The notes under the pieces: generated by a model
Seen by the model: only the letters and a program-made list of their open reading frames with translations
The model's database searches: none
Told to the model about the DNA's origin: nothing
Shown here: positions 1-10,441 of the stretch, piece by piece
Layout of the letters: each line of letters begins with the position of its first letter
How positions within the stretch are numbered: position 1 is the stretch's first letter
NCBI GenBank assembly: GCA_032718475.1
Contig: JAUCBJ010003618.1
Span: forward strand, 1-34,117
Source: Nemertoderma westbladi
Taxonomy: Eukaryota > Animalia > Xenacoelomorpha
Reading direction: 5' to 3'
DNA: 34,117 bases
Position numbers and translations under genes: made by a program

Positions 1-388
1 CACCCCACCCCTAAGCAGTATCATCAAACCACCTGAATTATTGCAGGAGTTAAAAGTATCACATTGTCCTAATCCAAATCAACTTGAGAGACAAAGAGCA
101 ACGTTTATTTATTTATTTTTCAGATACATCGCCAACACTTTCTTCTTTATGCTCATATTAAGTATACCGTAAAAACTCTTAACCCAGTGGCTCCCTACTG
201 TAAGAAATGTACATACGCCAAATGTCAATATGTGCGCCGCCTCGTCGGATTCCGAGTGGCCCACACCCGCCCAGGTGTGCCCACTGCGGATCTTCCGTAG
301 TAAACCAATTTGGTCAGGTCAAATCCAAACATTCACTGGAGATCACCAAATGGGGCGCTATGTGAAGTACCGTGCAGACACGATGATG

Positions 389-870
389 AAAGAGGAAGGT
401 GGTCTAACACCACTGAGAGATGAAGGTGGTCTAACACTATTGAGAGAGGAAGGTGGTCTAACACTATTGAGATATGAAGGTGGTCTAACACTATTGAGAG
501 ATGAAGATGGTCTAACACTATTGAGAGATGAAGGTGGTCTAACACTATTGAGAGGTGAAGGTGGTATAACACTATTGAGAGATGAAGGTGGTCTAACACT
601 ATTGAGAGATGAAGGTGGTCTAAAACTATTGAGAGATGAAGGTGGTCTAACACTATTGAGAGATGAAGGTGGTCTAACACTATTGAGAGATGAAGGTGGT
701 CTAACACTATTGAGAGGTGAAGGTGGTCTAACACTATTGAGAGATGAAGGTGGTCTAACACTATTGAGAGATGAAGGTGGTCTAACACTATTGAGAGATG
801 AAGGTGGTCTAACGCTATTGAGAGAGGAAGGTGGTCTAACACTATTGAGAGGTGAAGGTGGTCTAACACT
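389..870. repeat. 27-bp minisatellite (GAGAGATGAAGGTGGTCTAACACTATT), about 18 copies, probably inside an NDUFS7 intron
   Basis: Unit read directly from the sequence. It explains the periodic ORFs 230..928, 333..902 and 358..912. Confidence 0.97.
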
Positions 871-1580
871 CCGAGGGAATCCAGAGTTTGCGTTGTCTGC
901 AATTAGTACCACTGTATTTTCATCTTAAGCAAGTTTCTCTAAACAAAGTAAAATATTGCGGTAGGATATATATTTTTTTGCACAGATCTGCACAGTATGG
1001 CACGGTCGCGATCTGTATAGGAATTAATGTAAACTGATATTTATGAGTTGAATGCAACATTTGAACGCTCATATCTCAGCTATTTTTCAAAGAAATTAAA
1101 ATTGTGTTACATATTTGGAATCCTCGAATGGCCAGCTTTCTAACAGTACCAACAAACAGCTATAAGGTAGAAGAATAACTGCGGTGTAACTGGTGTAATA
1201 TCACTGGAGACACTTTTTTTAAACGCTTGTAGCTAAAGATTGAAAGCAAAAATAAAAATTCTGGCTCACCCAGTCAGTGGTCGGGAGGTGAAACTATCTC
1301 TGTTTCTAATTTCAGGCAATCTCATTAAGATTTGTAAAAAAATTAGGGGGGGGGGGGGGGGGGTCCGTGTCACTGAATTGCGACACTATATTCTGGGACA
1401 TGGTGTACATACATTGCGGTTTATTTCACTGTAATGTTCTTAATTAACCCTTTTGTGCTTTAATTATTGTATGAATTATTATAAATTTCATGTGCGATGC
1501 ATTTTACAGTACCAATAACCTTAATTGGTTTCGGTCTTAATGAATAATATAATAGGTATTATTTCACCCAACTCTCCCAG

Positions 1581-1814
1581 GTTTACGACCAGATGCCGGA
1601 ACCCCGCTGGGTTGTATCGATGGGTAGTTGCGCCAACGGCGGCGGCTACTACCACTACTCCTACTCGGTAGTACGCGGTTGCGACCGGATAGTCCCGGTG
1701 GACATCTACGTACCCGGCTGCCCCCCTACTGCCGAGGCTCTACTCTACGGAATGTTACAACTACAGAAGAAGATTAAACGAAACAAAGTTCTACTCCGAC
1801 ACTGGCGTAAATAA
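1581..1814 (+). CDS. NDUFS7: Last coding exon of NADH:ubiquinone oxidoreductase core subunit S7 (PSST/NuoB homologue); upstream exons not found in the window
   Basis: Translation [65 protein letters not shown] is the conserved NDUFS7 C-terminal half with Fe-S cysteines. It is preceded by a pyrimidine-rich acceptor (actctcccag at 1571-1580); stop TAA at 1812-1814. Confidence 0.97.
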   Translation, partial: VYDQMPEPRWVVSMGSCANGGGYYHYSYSVVRGCDRIVPVDIYVPGCPPTAEALLYGMLQLQKKIKRNKVLLRHWRK

Positions 1815-1871
1815 ATATAACTTTATAGAACACCTAACGTAAATAAATATAACTTTATAGAACACCTAACG
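1806..1871. repeat. Exact 32-bp tandem duplication spanning the NDUFS7 stop codon
   Basis: CGTAAATAAATATAACTTTATAGAACACCTAA occurs at 1806-1837 and 1838-1869. Confidence 0.95.
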
Positions 1872-2071
1872 CTGATATAAAAGAATTAGAAACTAGTTTT
1901 GTTGGAACAATTTTCTGAGTTTCAATTATTTAACGCCCCTTTGTGTTATTAAATATGTAAAATATATTTATTAGAATAGAATAATAATAAACCAATAAAC
2001 CGACACAACAACATACAACATGACAAAGGGAGAAAGCGCGTGTGTCGTATATCTGAAAATGTAAGGTTGAC

Positions 2072-2406
2072 CCGGATATTGTAAATGGTTGTGCGGTCGG
2101 ATATTGTAAATGGTTGTCCGGTCGGATATTGTAAATGGTTGTCCGGTCGGATATTGTAAATGGTTGTCCGGTCGGATATTGTAAAAGGTTATCCGGTCGG
2201 ATATTGTAAATGGTTGTCCGGTCGGATATTGTAAATGGTTGTCCGGTCGGATATTGTAAATGGTTGTCCGGTCGGATATTGTAAATGGTTGTCCGGTCGG
2301 ATATTGTAAATGGTTGTCCGGTCGGATATTGTAAATGGTTGTCCGGTCGGATATTGTAAATGTTTGTCCGGTCGGATATTGTAAATGTTTGTCCGGTCGG
2401 ATATTG
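2072..2406. repeat. 25-bp minisatellite (CGGATATTGTAAATGGTTGTCCGGT), about 13 copies
   Basis: Unit read directly; it explains ORF 1930..2442. Confidence 0.97.
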
Positions 2407-2644
2407 ATCGGAATCCTGATATTTCCGAGATTTACCGGACATTTTGTGTTATTGCTGTCAGAAAATGAATTAAAACTTATTTTTTTATTAACTTTTTTTA
2501 GAGAAAATAAATCAATTTATTACTGAAATACCCCACCCATGATGGGGGTTGTGAGTGGGGGGGGGGGGGGGGGGTGTACTTTGGTCCCGGACAATGTTGT
2601 CCCATAGCTGGAAACCCGAACCGTACCGTATCCCTCCCTGAGTT

Positions 2645-2790
2645 TCTGGTTGCCTAGGTTGTTAGAGAGTCGGTCTCCCAACCGGAGATCGAGGGTTCGA
2701 GCCCTAGTAAAGGAACAGTCCAGTTTTCGCTGTTACAATAAAGCTTCAGCCCATCCAGCTGTAATGGGAACCCGCCATATGCCGAAGGTT
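2645..2790 (+). mobile_element. tRNA-derived SINE fragment
   Basis: A-box-like TGCCTAGGTTG (2651), anticodon-like stem-loop CGGT-ctccca-ACCG (2671-2684) and B-box GGTTCGAGCCC (2694-2704), then TCAGCCCATCCAGCTGTAATGGG, which resembles the CORE-SINE motif. No intact acceptor stem. Ends approximate. Confidence 0.7.
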
Positions 2791-3574
2791 TTTAAAGAAA
2801 AGGGTTACCCAGAATAATAATTATTTGTAATTAAGTTTGTTTATTCCGAATCTCCAACAATCTCTCGCCTATTAATAAAGAGTAGTCTGCCACCCGCCTA
2901 CCACACTTACGGCCACTCCAGGGTTTATTAATGATTTAATGCTGAAAGAGTTCCTGTGGAATATTAATATAATTCAGCTAATTTAATCGATAACTCAACA
3001 CTACAGCCGCCCCTGCTGGTTATGATTTATTAAATTAATTCTTTGAATATAATCTCTGCGTAATTTGCCTTGGTTTAATTCACTATCACTCACAGCAAAC
3101 AGATTATTTATCTTTATAACCAAATAATTATTCGCATTTATTTCTCATTATTACAAGTTTCATTTTTACTTTAGGGGGGGGGGGGGGGGGGGTACACGAA
3201 TTCTCCACTTGAATTCTCCACTTTGTAGTACACAATTTTGGTCAAAAATATGTCGAAATTTTTTTTATGATATATTATAATGCACCATTGAATGGTGTTT
3301 CCAAATCTGAAAACCGCTATTTAATAGCTCCTTTAGTTATAACAATTTCCATTTAGGGATTCCTATTGAAATTACTATTACTAAGTATAATGAAAGGTCG
3401 ATTATCTTCAAATATTTTTTTTTAAATTGTCAACTTCATAACCCTAAGAATACTTCTACATCTGTGGGTGTCTACATAGCCACCCTGCATAAAAGTATCA
3501 GATAACTTTTAGAAATTTTATGTTAATAAAATGTAATACTATTTATAACAGACCTAAAAATTAGCATAAATTTG

Positions 3575-3590
3575 CAGCGCCACCTAGCGG
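3575..3590 (-). promoter_or_regulatory. CTCF-consensus-like motif
   Basis: Minus strand reads CCGCTAGGTGGCGCTG, matching the CTCF core consensus. Motif match only; binding is not shown. Confidence 0.35.
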
Positions 3591-3755
3591 TGCAGAATTA
3601 TTTTCACAAAATTTCGCCTGATAGTTATGTTGCCCCATCTTTGATATATCATATAAAAACACTTTCATGTGATTCGATTCAAAACTGTAAAAGCCTTAGG
3701 GTTTTAAGCGCAACCAAGTTTTTTTTATTGTTAACTTGTATTAACTAAGTAATAG

Positions 3756-3796
3756 CATAGAATGCTATATAGAGAATCTCTATATAGCATTCCATG
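3756..3796. repeat. 41-bp near-perfect palindrome (collapsed foldback/MITE remnant)
   Basis: GAATGCTATATAGAGA (3760-3775) / TCTCTATATAGCATTC (3777-3792) are perfect arms with a 1-nt centre, extending to CATA.../...CATG with one mismatch. Confidence 0.85.
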
Positions 3797-4053
3797 GTCA
3801 TAGTCATAGATGACAAAAATCCCACGCTTCAAAACATCCCACGCATATAAACAATTTATATTTCTTGTTTCTTTCCTCAGCAACATAGATTTTACATAGC
3901 AACAAGGTAACTATTGAACCCAATGAGTATCGATTGACTGAACTATGCACCTCTACATAGTTACTAATTTTGTTTCCAGAGCAACGGAAATGTTAGTATA
4001 AGTGTGACAGATCAGTGTATTATGTATGACAATTTCTTTAGAATTTCCAGCAC

Positions 4054-4167
4054 TAAATATACGTTCCACAATATAAATATATTTTATATACATATAAATA
4101 TACGTTCCACAATATAAATATATTTTATATACATCTAAATATACGTTCCACAATATAAATATATTTT
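4054..4167. repeat. 41-bp AT-rich tandem repeat, about 2.8 copies
   Basis: TAAATATACGTTCCACAATATAAATATATTTTATATACAT(A/C) starts at 4054, 4095 and 4136. Confidence 0.92.
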
Positions 4168-4455
4168 TTGGAGCTCGGGGTTTTTGTGTCATATTGACCC
4201 AAAGTTACTCACTAAAAAGCTTTTGGCACTTTTTCTCTAATTCACTCCGCTATTATGGGTTGTGTTGATTTATTAATTCTGGGGACACTAATCAGTAGTT
4301 ATAATGGGGGGGTGGGGGGGGGGGGGGTAATGGTGTTCAATCACTAAATAATAATTAAACCGGTGGTATTCGTACTATTTCACCCTTACTTCCTTACTTT
4401 CAGTAGTTTCATTGAATATTTCGTTTATCAACTACGCGATTAGCGACGAGTAGAG

Positions 4456-4665
4456 ATGAGGTACATAATAGCGGTGGTCCTTGTTGTTCAGTTGCTCTGC
4501 ATTAGTTGCAACGCCTCTAGTGGCGGTAGTTCCGTTAACGCAAATCCAAAAACAACTAAAGCGACAGACCCTCCGGTCGCTAAGACTACAGGACCTCCGG
4601 GCGAGCATCGAAATGGAAAGAACAGAAGTTTGAAGGCTTACCAGATCCTCCAGGCTATCTTTTAA
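4456..4665 (+). CDS. Candidate small secreted protein (signal peptide plus S/T/P-rich segment)
   Basis: MRYIIAVVLVVQLLCISCNA has a basic-hydrophobic-small residue signal-peptide pattern. The ORF is GC-richer than its flanks, has an acceptor-like ttccttactttcag ending at about 4403 upstream and AATAAA near 4975 downstream. Confidence 0.5.
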   Translation: MRYIIAVVLVVQLLCISCNASSGGSSVNANPKTTKATDPPVAKTTGPPGEHRNGKNRSLKAYQILQAIF

Positions 4666-5440
4666 CCCAAGAGCCTCCAGGCTGGGCCGGCACGGGAATC
4701 TTTTAACCCACAATGGAAACCCAACGATTAAACTGTAAATTCCTAAACTTTTTGAGTTTCATGTTTGGGAACAACTAACTATAAATATCCGAGTTTTATT
4801 TGTGCCATTATTATTGTACCTTAGTTATACACCAACTTACGCATATAATTAATTAATAATTTAAAGGAATATTTGTTGGTGGTGGCGGAATCTTTAATTC
4901 GATGTCATCAAATATTGTGTTTGAAGGTTTATAATATATTATACATTTTGGTTATGTAAAGTAATATAATCAAATAATAACGAACCTGCCTATTAATAGG
5001 CCAGGGTAGTTCTTGTCAAGAGTTGAGTCGTTCAAAAACACGATGTGGTTGTGTGTGTGTGTATATATATATGTATATATGTATAACCATCCAATATCTC
5101 AAAAACTCAAGCAGGTACGCAAAAATTTTAATAACAAACTCTACATAGATTTTTGTTGCGCACAAGACTGTATATTTTTTGTGGCGTTTCGATCACGGGG
5201 TCACTGAAAAATAGCGGTTTTGAAAATTTAATGTCGAATTTCACCGATTTCAACTCGTCGAGTATGCACCAACTTTTTTATTTGGGCTATTCAGTCATTT
5301 GAGCAACATATTTGAGCCTCAGAATCTTTTCAAATATCGCCAATCTCGCACAGAACGTCGCCAAAATTTGTTAGTCCGGCAAAAAAACGCACGAATTCGT
5401 CTAAAAGAGTAAATTATTGGTTGCAGAATAATATTACTCA

Positions 5441-5869
5441 ACTAGAAAAGCCAGCAAGCTGACTATAAGGAGACCGTCCATAGACAAACGTAGTGTTAGT
5501 TGGGTCCCTCCTCATTCATTATCATCAACCTATAAAACATTTGAACGGCCCAGTGCTTACAATGATATTCCCATAGGATTCACTGGGAAGAACTATTCAG
5601 CGGTAATAAATTATACAAAAGAACAGTTGATGTTTGATTAATGTCTGGGTTAGTGTGAGATAGTATTAAATTAGGCAAGTAATATACTTCTCTGCAGTTT
5701 GGGCCTATCCATTCAATAAATAGTAGTAGCTTACTAGGCCCTCATGAGTACCAGCAGCTGGTGTTTCTATCGTTGAATTGATGGTAATTTTCGTGTTTTC
5801 ATTTTCACTCACTCAGGGTACTGGTTTGTGGGGCAGGTTCGTTTAAAGCCAGCTTGCTGGCTTTCTAGT
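5441..5869. mobile_element. Non-autonomous TIR element (MITE), about 430 bp
   Basis: Left ACTAGAAAAGCCAGCAAGCTGACTATAA and right TTTAAAGCCAGCTTGCTGGCTTTCTAGT are near-perfect inverted repeats; no coding capacity inside. Confidence 0.8.
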
Positions 5870-6177
5870 AGAAGATAGAGAGCGGTAGTCAGAGAGGAGT
5901 CAAGGTGTCAATAGATTGATAATAATAGTTGTTGTCATGAAATACAATAGCGCCAAAGAGGTAATAAGACGAATTCGTTCTTATTTTTATAAATAAATCA
6001 ATTTTAATCCGCGATTTAACAATATATATTAATTAAATACAACAATGATACTGTATTATTATTATATAGCAGAGTACATTTCAGTACACGAGAATCAACA
6101 GAAGTACTCTGTCTAACTAAAATTCATTCAGCTGGCCTGTTACCCAACATAGCACACAGTGAGTAAGAAACCTTGTA

Positions 6178-6415
6178 TATATTCCCATAGGATTCACTGG
6201 AAAGAGCTAGTCAGCTGACGGGGTAATACTTTACAAACTACTGTCTCGGATAGCTCGACTGAGTAAACACAACTTTACTGTACTTGGCAAGTAATATACT
6301 TCTCTGCAATTTGGGCCTATTTAATAGCATTCATTACTAGGCCCTCTCTATCATTTTTTTTCATGAGCACACCAGCTGGTGTTTCTATCGTTGCGCCTAT
6401 GGCAATTTTCGTGTT
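6178..6415 (+). repeat. Diverged second copy of the internal part of the 5441-5869 MITE
   Basis: Shares in order ATATTCCCATAGGATTCACTGG, GGCAAGTAATATACTTCTCTGCA, TTGGGCCTAT, TACTAGGCCCTC and CAGCTGGTGTTTCTATCGTTG with 5565-5800. Confidence 0.85.
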
Positions 6416-6646
6416 ATGGGGCTATTTTTCGAAATAAAACAAGTTGAGATGTTTCAATTTAAACCGCGATTTCACAAGTACCCATAGAAATCTATTTTCA
6501 TGGTTCATGTAAAACTTCATCAAAATCATTAGAGCCGTTTTTGCTCTAGGTCAGTCAGATAGGGGGGGGGGGGGGGGGGGGGGGAACTGGACGCAATACA
6601 AATTAATCCCTCTCCACCTCCAGGGGAAATTGGACGCAAATAACCG

Positions 6647-6788
6647 CCCATGTGAAGTTTCCCAGGATTCCCATTCCCAGCGAAAAAAAAACACACACAT
6701 TGAAAAGGAATTTGGCCCATTCACTATAATTAGGCAACTTTCGTATTTTCGACCATCTTCCAAAACAGTCTGGGAAACTTCACATGGG
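6647..6788. repeat. 19-bp perfect inverted repeat with 104-bp spacer (MITE-like)
   Basis: CCCATGTGAAGTTTCCCAG (6647-6665) and CTGGGAAACTTCACATGGG (6770-6788). Confidence 0.85.
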
Positions 6789-6871
6789 GGGGTATTTTGG
6801 TATTCACGTGCTGCGCGAAGTCCTGTTTTTTGAGGGGGGGTGGTCTGTTGATCAGTCGGTCGGACGTTGAG

Positions 6872-9800
6872 TGAGAAGGTGGGTTGGTGGGAAGGGAAGG
6901 TTGGTGGGTGGTAATGGAAGGTTGGTGGGTGGGAAGGTGGGTGGGTGGGAAGGTGAGTGGGTGGGTTAAGATGGTAATGTGGGTGGATGGGAAGGTGGGA
7001 AGGTGGATGGGAAGATGGGAATGTGGGAAGAAGGGAATGTGGGAAGATGGTAATGTGGGAAGGTAGGAATGTGGGAAGGTGGATGGGAATGTAGGAAGAT
7101 GGGAATGTGGGAAGGTGGATGGGAATGTTGGAAGGTGGATGGGAATTTGGGAAGGTGGATGGGAATGTGGGGAGATCAGAATGTGGGAATGTGGGTGGGA
7201 ATGTAGGAAGATGGGAAGGTGGATGGGAATGTAGGAAGATGGGAAGGTGGGTGAGAATGTACGAAGATGGGAATGTGGAAAGATGAGAATGTGGGAAGAT
7301 GGGAATGTGGAAAGGTGGGAGGGAATGAGGAAGATGGGAATGTGGAAAGGTGGATGGGAATGTGGGAAGGTGGATGGGAATGTGGGGATGTGGGTGGGAA
7401 TGTAGGAAGACGGGAATGTGGGAAGGTGGATGGGAATGTGGGAAGGTGGATGGGAATGTGGGGAGATTGGAAGGTGGATGGGAATGTGGGAAGGTGGGTG
7501 GGAATGAGGAAGTTAGGAATGTGGCAAGATGGGAATGACGGAAGGTGGATGGGAAGGTGGATGGGGATGTGGGAAGGTGGATAGGAATGTGGGGAGATTG
7601 GAAGGTGGATGGGAATGGGGGAAGGTGGATGGGAATGTGGGGAGATTGGAAGGTGGATGGGAATGGGGGACGGTGGGTGGGAATGAGGAAGTTAGGAATG
7701 TGGCAAGATGGGAATGTCGGAAGGTGGATGGGGATGTGGATGGGAATGTGGGAAGGTGGATGGGAATGTGGGAAGGTGGATGGGGATGTGGGAAGGTGGA
7801 TGGGAATGTGGGGAGATGGGAAGGTGGATGGGGGGGGAAGGGGGAAGGGGAAGGGGAATGTGGGAAGGTGGATGGGAATGTGGGGAGATTGGAAGGTGGA
7901 TGGGAATGTGGGAAGGTGGGTGGGAATGAGGAAGTTAGGAATGTGGCAAGATGGGAATGACGGAAGGTGGATGGGAAGGTGGATGGGGATGTGGGAAGGT
8001 GGATAGGAATGTGGGGAGATTGGAAGGTGGATGGGAATGGGGGAAGGTGGATGGGAATGTGGGGAGATTGGAAGGTGGATGGGAATGGGGGAAGGTGGGT
8101 GGGAATGAGGAAGTTGTGAATGTGGCAAGATGGGAATGACGGAAGGTGGATGGGAAGGTGGATGGGGATGTGGGAAGGTGGATAGGAATGTGGGGAGATT
8201 GGAAGGTGGATGGGAATGGGGGAAGGGGATGGGAATGTGGGGAGATTGGAAGGTGGATGGGAATGGGGGAAGGTGGGTGGGAATGAGGAAGTTAGGAATG
8301 TGGCAAGATGGGAATGTCGGAAGGTGGATGGGGATGTGGATGGGAATGTGGGAAGGTGGATGGGAATGTGGGAAGGTGGATGGGGATGTGGGAAGGTGGA
8401 TGGGAATGTGGGGAGATGGGAAGGTGGATGGGGGGGGGAAGGGGGAAGGGGAAGGGGAATGTGGGAAGGTGGATGGGAATGTGGGGAGATTGGAAGGTGG
8501 ATGGGAATGTGGGAAGGTGGGTGGGAATGAGGAAGTTAGGAATGTGGCAAGATGGGAATGACGGAAGGTGGATGGGAAGGTGGATGGGGATGTGGGAAGG
8601 TGGATAGGAATGTGGGGAGATTGGAAGGTGGATGGGAATGGGGGAAGGTGGATGGGAATGTGGGGAGATTGGAAGGTGGATGGGAATGGGGGAAGGTGGA
8701 TGGGAATGTGGGGAGATTGGAAGGTGGATGGGAATAGGGGAAGGTGGGTGGGAATGAGGAAGTTAGGAATGTGGCAAGATGGGAATGTCGGAAGGTGGAT
8801 GGGGATGTGGATGGGAATGTGGGAAGGTGGATGGGAATGTGGGAAGGTGGATGGGGATGCGGGAAGGTGGATGGGAATGTGGGGAGATGGGAAGGTGGAT
8901 GGGGGGGGGGGAAGGGGGAAGGGGAAGGGGAATGTGGGAAGGTGGATGGGAATGTGGGGAGATTGGAAGGTGGATGGGAATGTGGGAAGGTGGGTGGGAA
9001 TGAGGAAGTTAGGAATGTGGCAAGATGGGAATGACGGAAGGTGGATGGGAAGGTGGATGGGGATGTGGGAAGGTGGATAGGAATGTGGGGAGATTGGAAG
9101 GTGGATGGGAATGGGGGAAGGTGGATGGGAATGTGGGGAGATTGGAAGGTGGATGGGAATGGGGGAAGGTGGGTGGGAATGAGGAAGTTGTGAATGTGGC
9201 AAGATGGGAATGACGGAAGGTGGATGGGAAGGTGGATGGGGATGTGGGAAGGTGGATAGGAATGTGGGGAGATTGGAAGGTGGATGGGAATGGGGGAAGG
9301 GGATGGGAATGTGGGGAGATTGGAAGGTGGATGGGAATGGGGGAAGGTGGGTGGGAATGAGGAAGTTAGGAATGTGGCAAGATGGGAATGTCGGAAGGTG
9401 GATGGGGATGTGGGAAGGTGGATGGGAATGTGGGAAGGTGGATGGGGATGTGGGAAGGTGGATGGGAATGTGGGGAGATGGGAAGGTGGATGGGGGGGGA
9501 AGGGGGAAGGGGAAGGGGAATGTGGGAAGGTGGATGGGAATGTGGGGAGATTGGAAGGTGGATGGGAATGTGGGAAGGTGGGTGGGAATGAGGAAGTTAG
9601 GAATGTGGCAAGATGGGAATGACGGAAGGTGGATGGGAAGGTGGATGGGGATGTGGGAAGGTGGATAGGAATGTGGGGAGATTGGAAGGTGGATGGGAAT
9701 GGGGGAAGGTGGATGGGAATGTGGGGAGATTGGAAGGTGGATGGGAATGGGGGAAGGTGGGTGGGAATGAGGAAGTTAGGAATGTGGCAAGATGGGAATG

Positions 9801-10410
9801 TCGGAAGGTGGATGGGGATGTGGATGGGAATGTGGGAAGGTGGATGGGAATGTGGGAAGGTGGATGGGGATGTGGGAAGGTGGATGGGAATGTGGGGAGA
9901 TGGGAAGGTGGATGGGGGGGGAAGGGGGAAGGGGAAGGGGAATGTGGGAAGGTGGATGGGAATGTGGGGAGATTGGAAGGTGGATGGGAATGTGGGAAGG
10001 TGGGTGGGAATGAGGAAGTTAGGAATGTGGCAAGATGGGAATGACGGAAGGTGGATGGGAAGGTGGATGGGGATGTGGGAAGGTGGATAGGAATGTGGGG
10101 AGATTGGAAGGTGGATGGGAATGGGGGAAGGTGGATGGGAATGTGGGGAGATTGGAAGGTGGGAAGGTGGGTGGGAATGAGGAAGTTAGGAATGTGGCAA
10201 GATGGGAATGACGGAAGGTGGATGGGAAGGTGGATGGGAATGTGGGAAAGTGGAGGGGAATGTAGGAAGATGGTAAGATGGATGAGAATGTGGGAAGGTG
10301 GATGGGAATGTGGGATGGTGGCTGGGTGGGAAGATGGGAAGGTTCATGGGATTGTAGGAAGATGGGAAGGTAGATGGGAATGTGGGAAGATGTGAAGATG
10401 TGGGATTGGA
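6872..10410. repeat. 3.5-kb G-rich satellite, basic unit about 20 bp (GGGAATGTGGGAAGGTGGAT) with higher-order repeats
   Basis: Plus strand is almost devoid of C; variant blocks recur; both edges are more degenerate than the centre. Confidence 0.97.
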
Positions 10411-10441
10411 CAACCTTTAGGGCTCATTTCAGGACGGCAGC

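Noticed and set aside
184-916. Tc1/mariner-like CAGTGG...CCACTGTA termini around the 27-bp array
   Set aside because: The inverted match does not extend beyond about 6 bp and the left end lacks TA.
230-928. 232-aa ORF of RDEGGLTLL repeats (superficially like the ankyrin D..G.TPL motif) and two antisense ORFs
   Set aside because: A 27-bp unit is a multiple of 3, so frames stay open on both strands by chance. The 9-aa period does not fit 33-aa ankyrin repeats, and the array probably lies in an NDUFS7 intron.
1346-1363. Long G/C homopolymers (also near 2556, 3174, 4306, 6562, 32210, 32604)
   Set aside because: Common simple repeats whose lengths are unreliable in assemblies; no consistent context.
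2645-2715. Functional tRNA gene
   Set aside because: Acceptor and D stems cannot be formed convincingly, and a SINE-like body follows.
6551-10413. 883-aa His/Pro-rich minus ORF and many Gly/Trp-rich plus ORFs
   Set aside because: These are translations of the G-rich satellite; its composition rarely produces stops, and the 20-bp unit cycles through frames.
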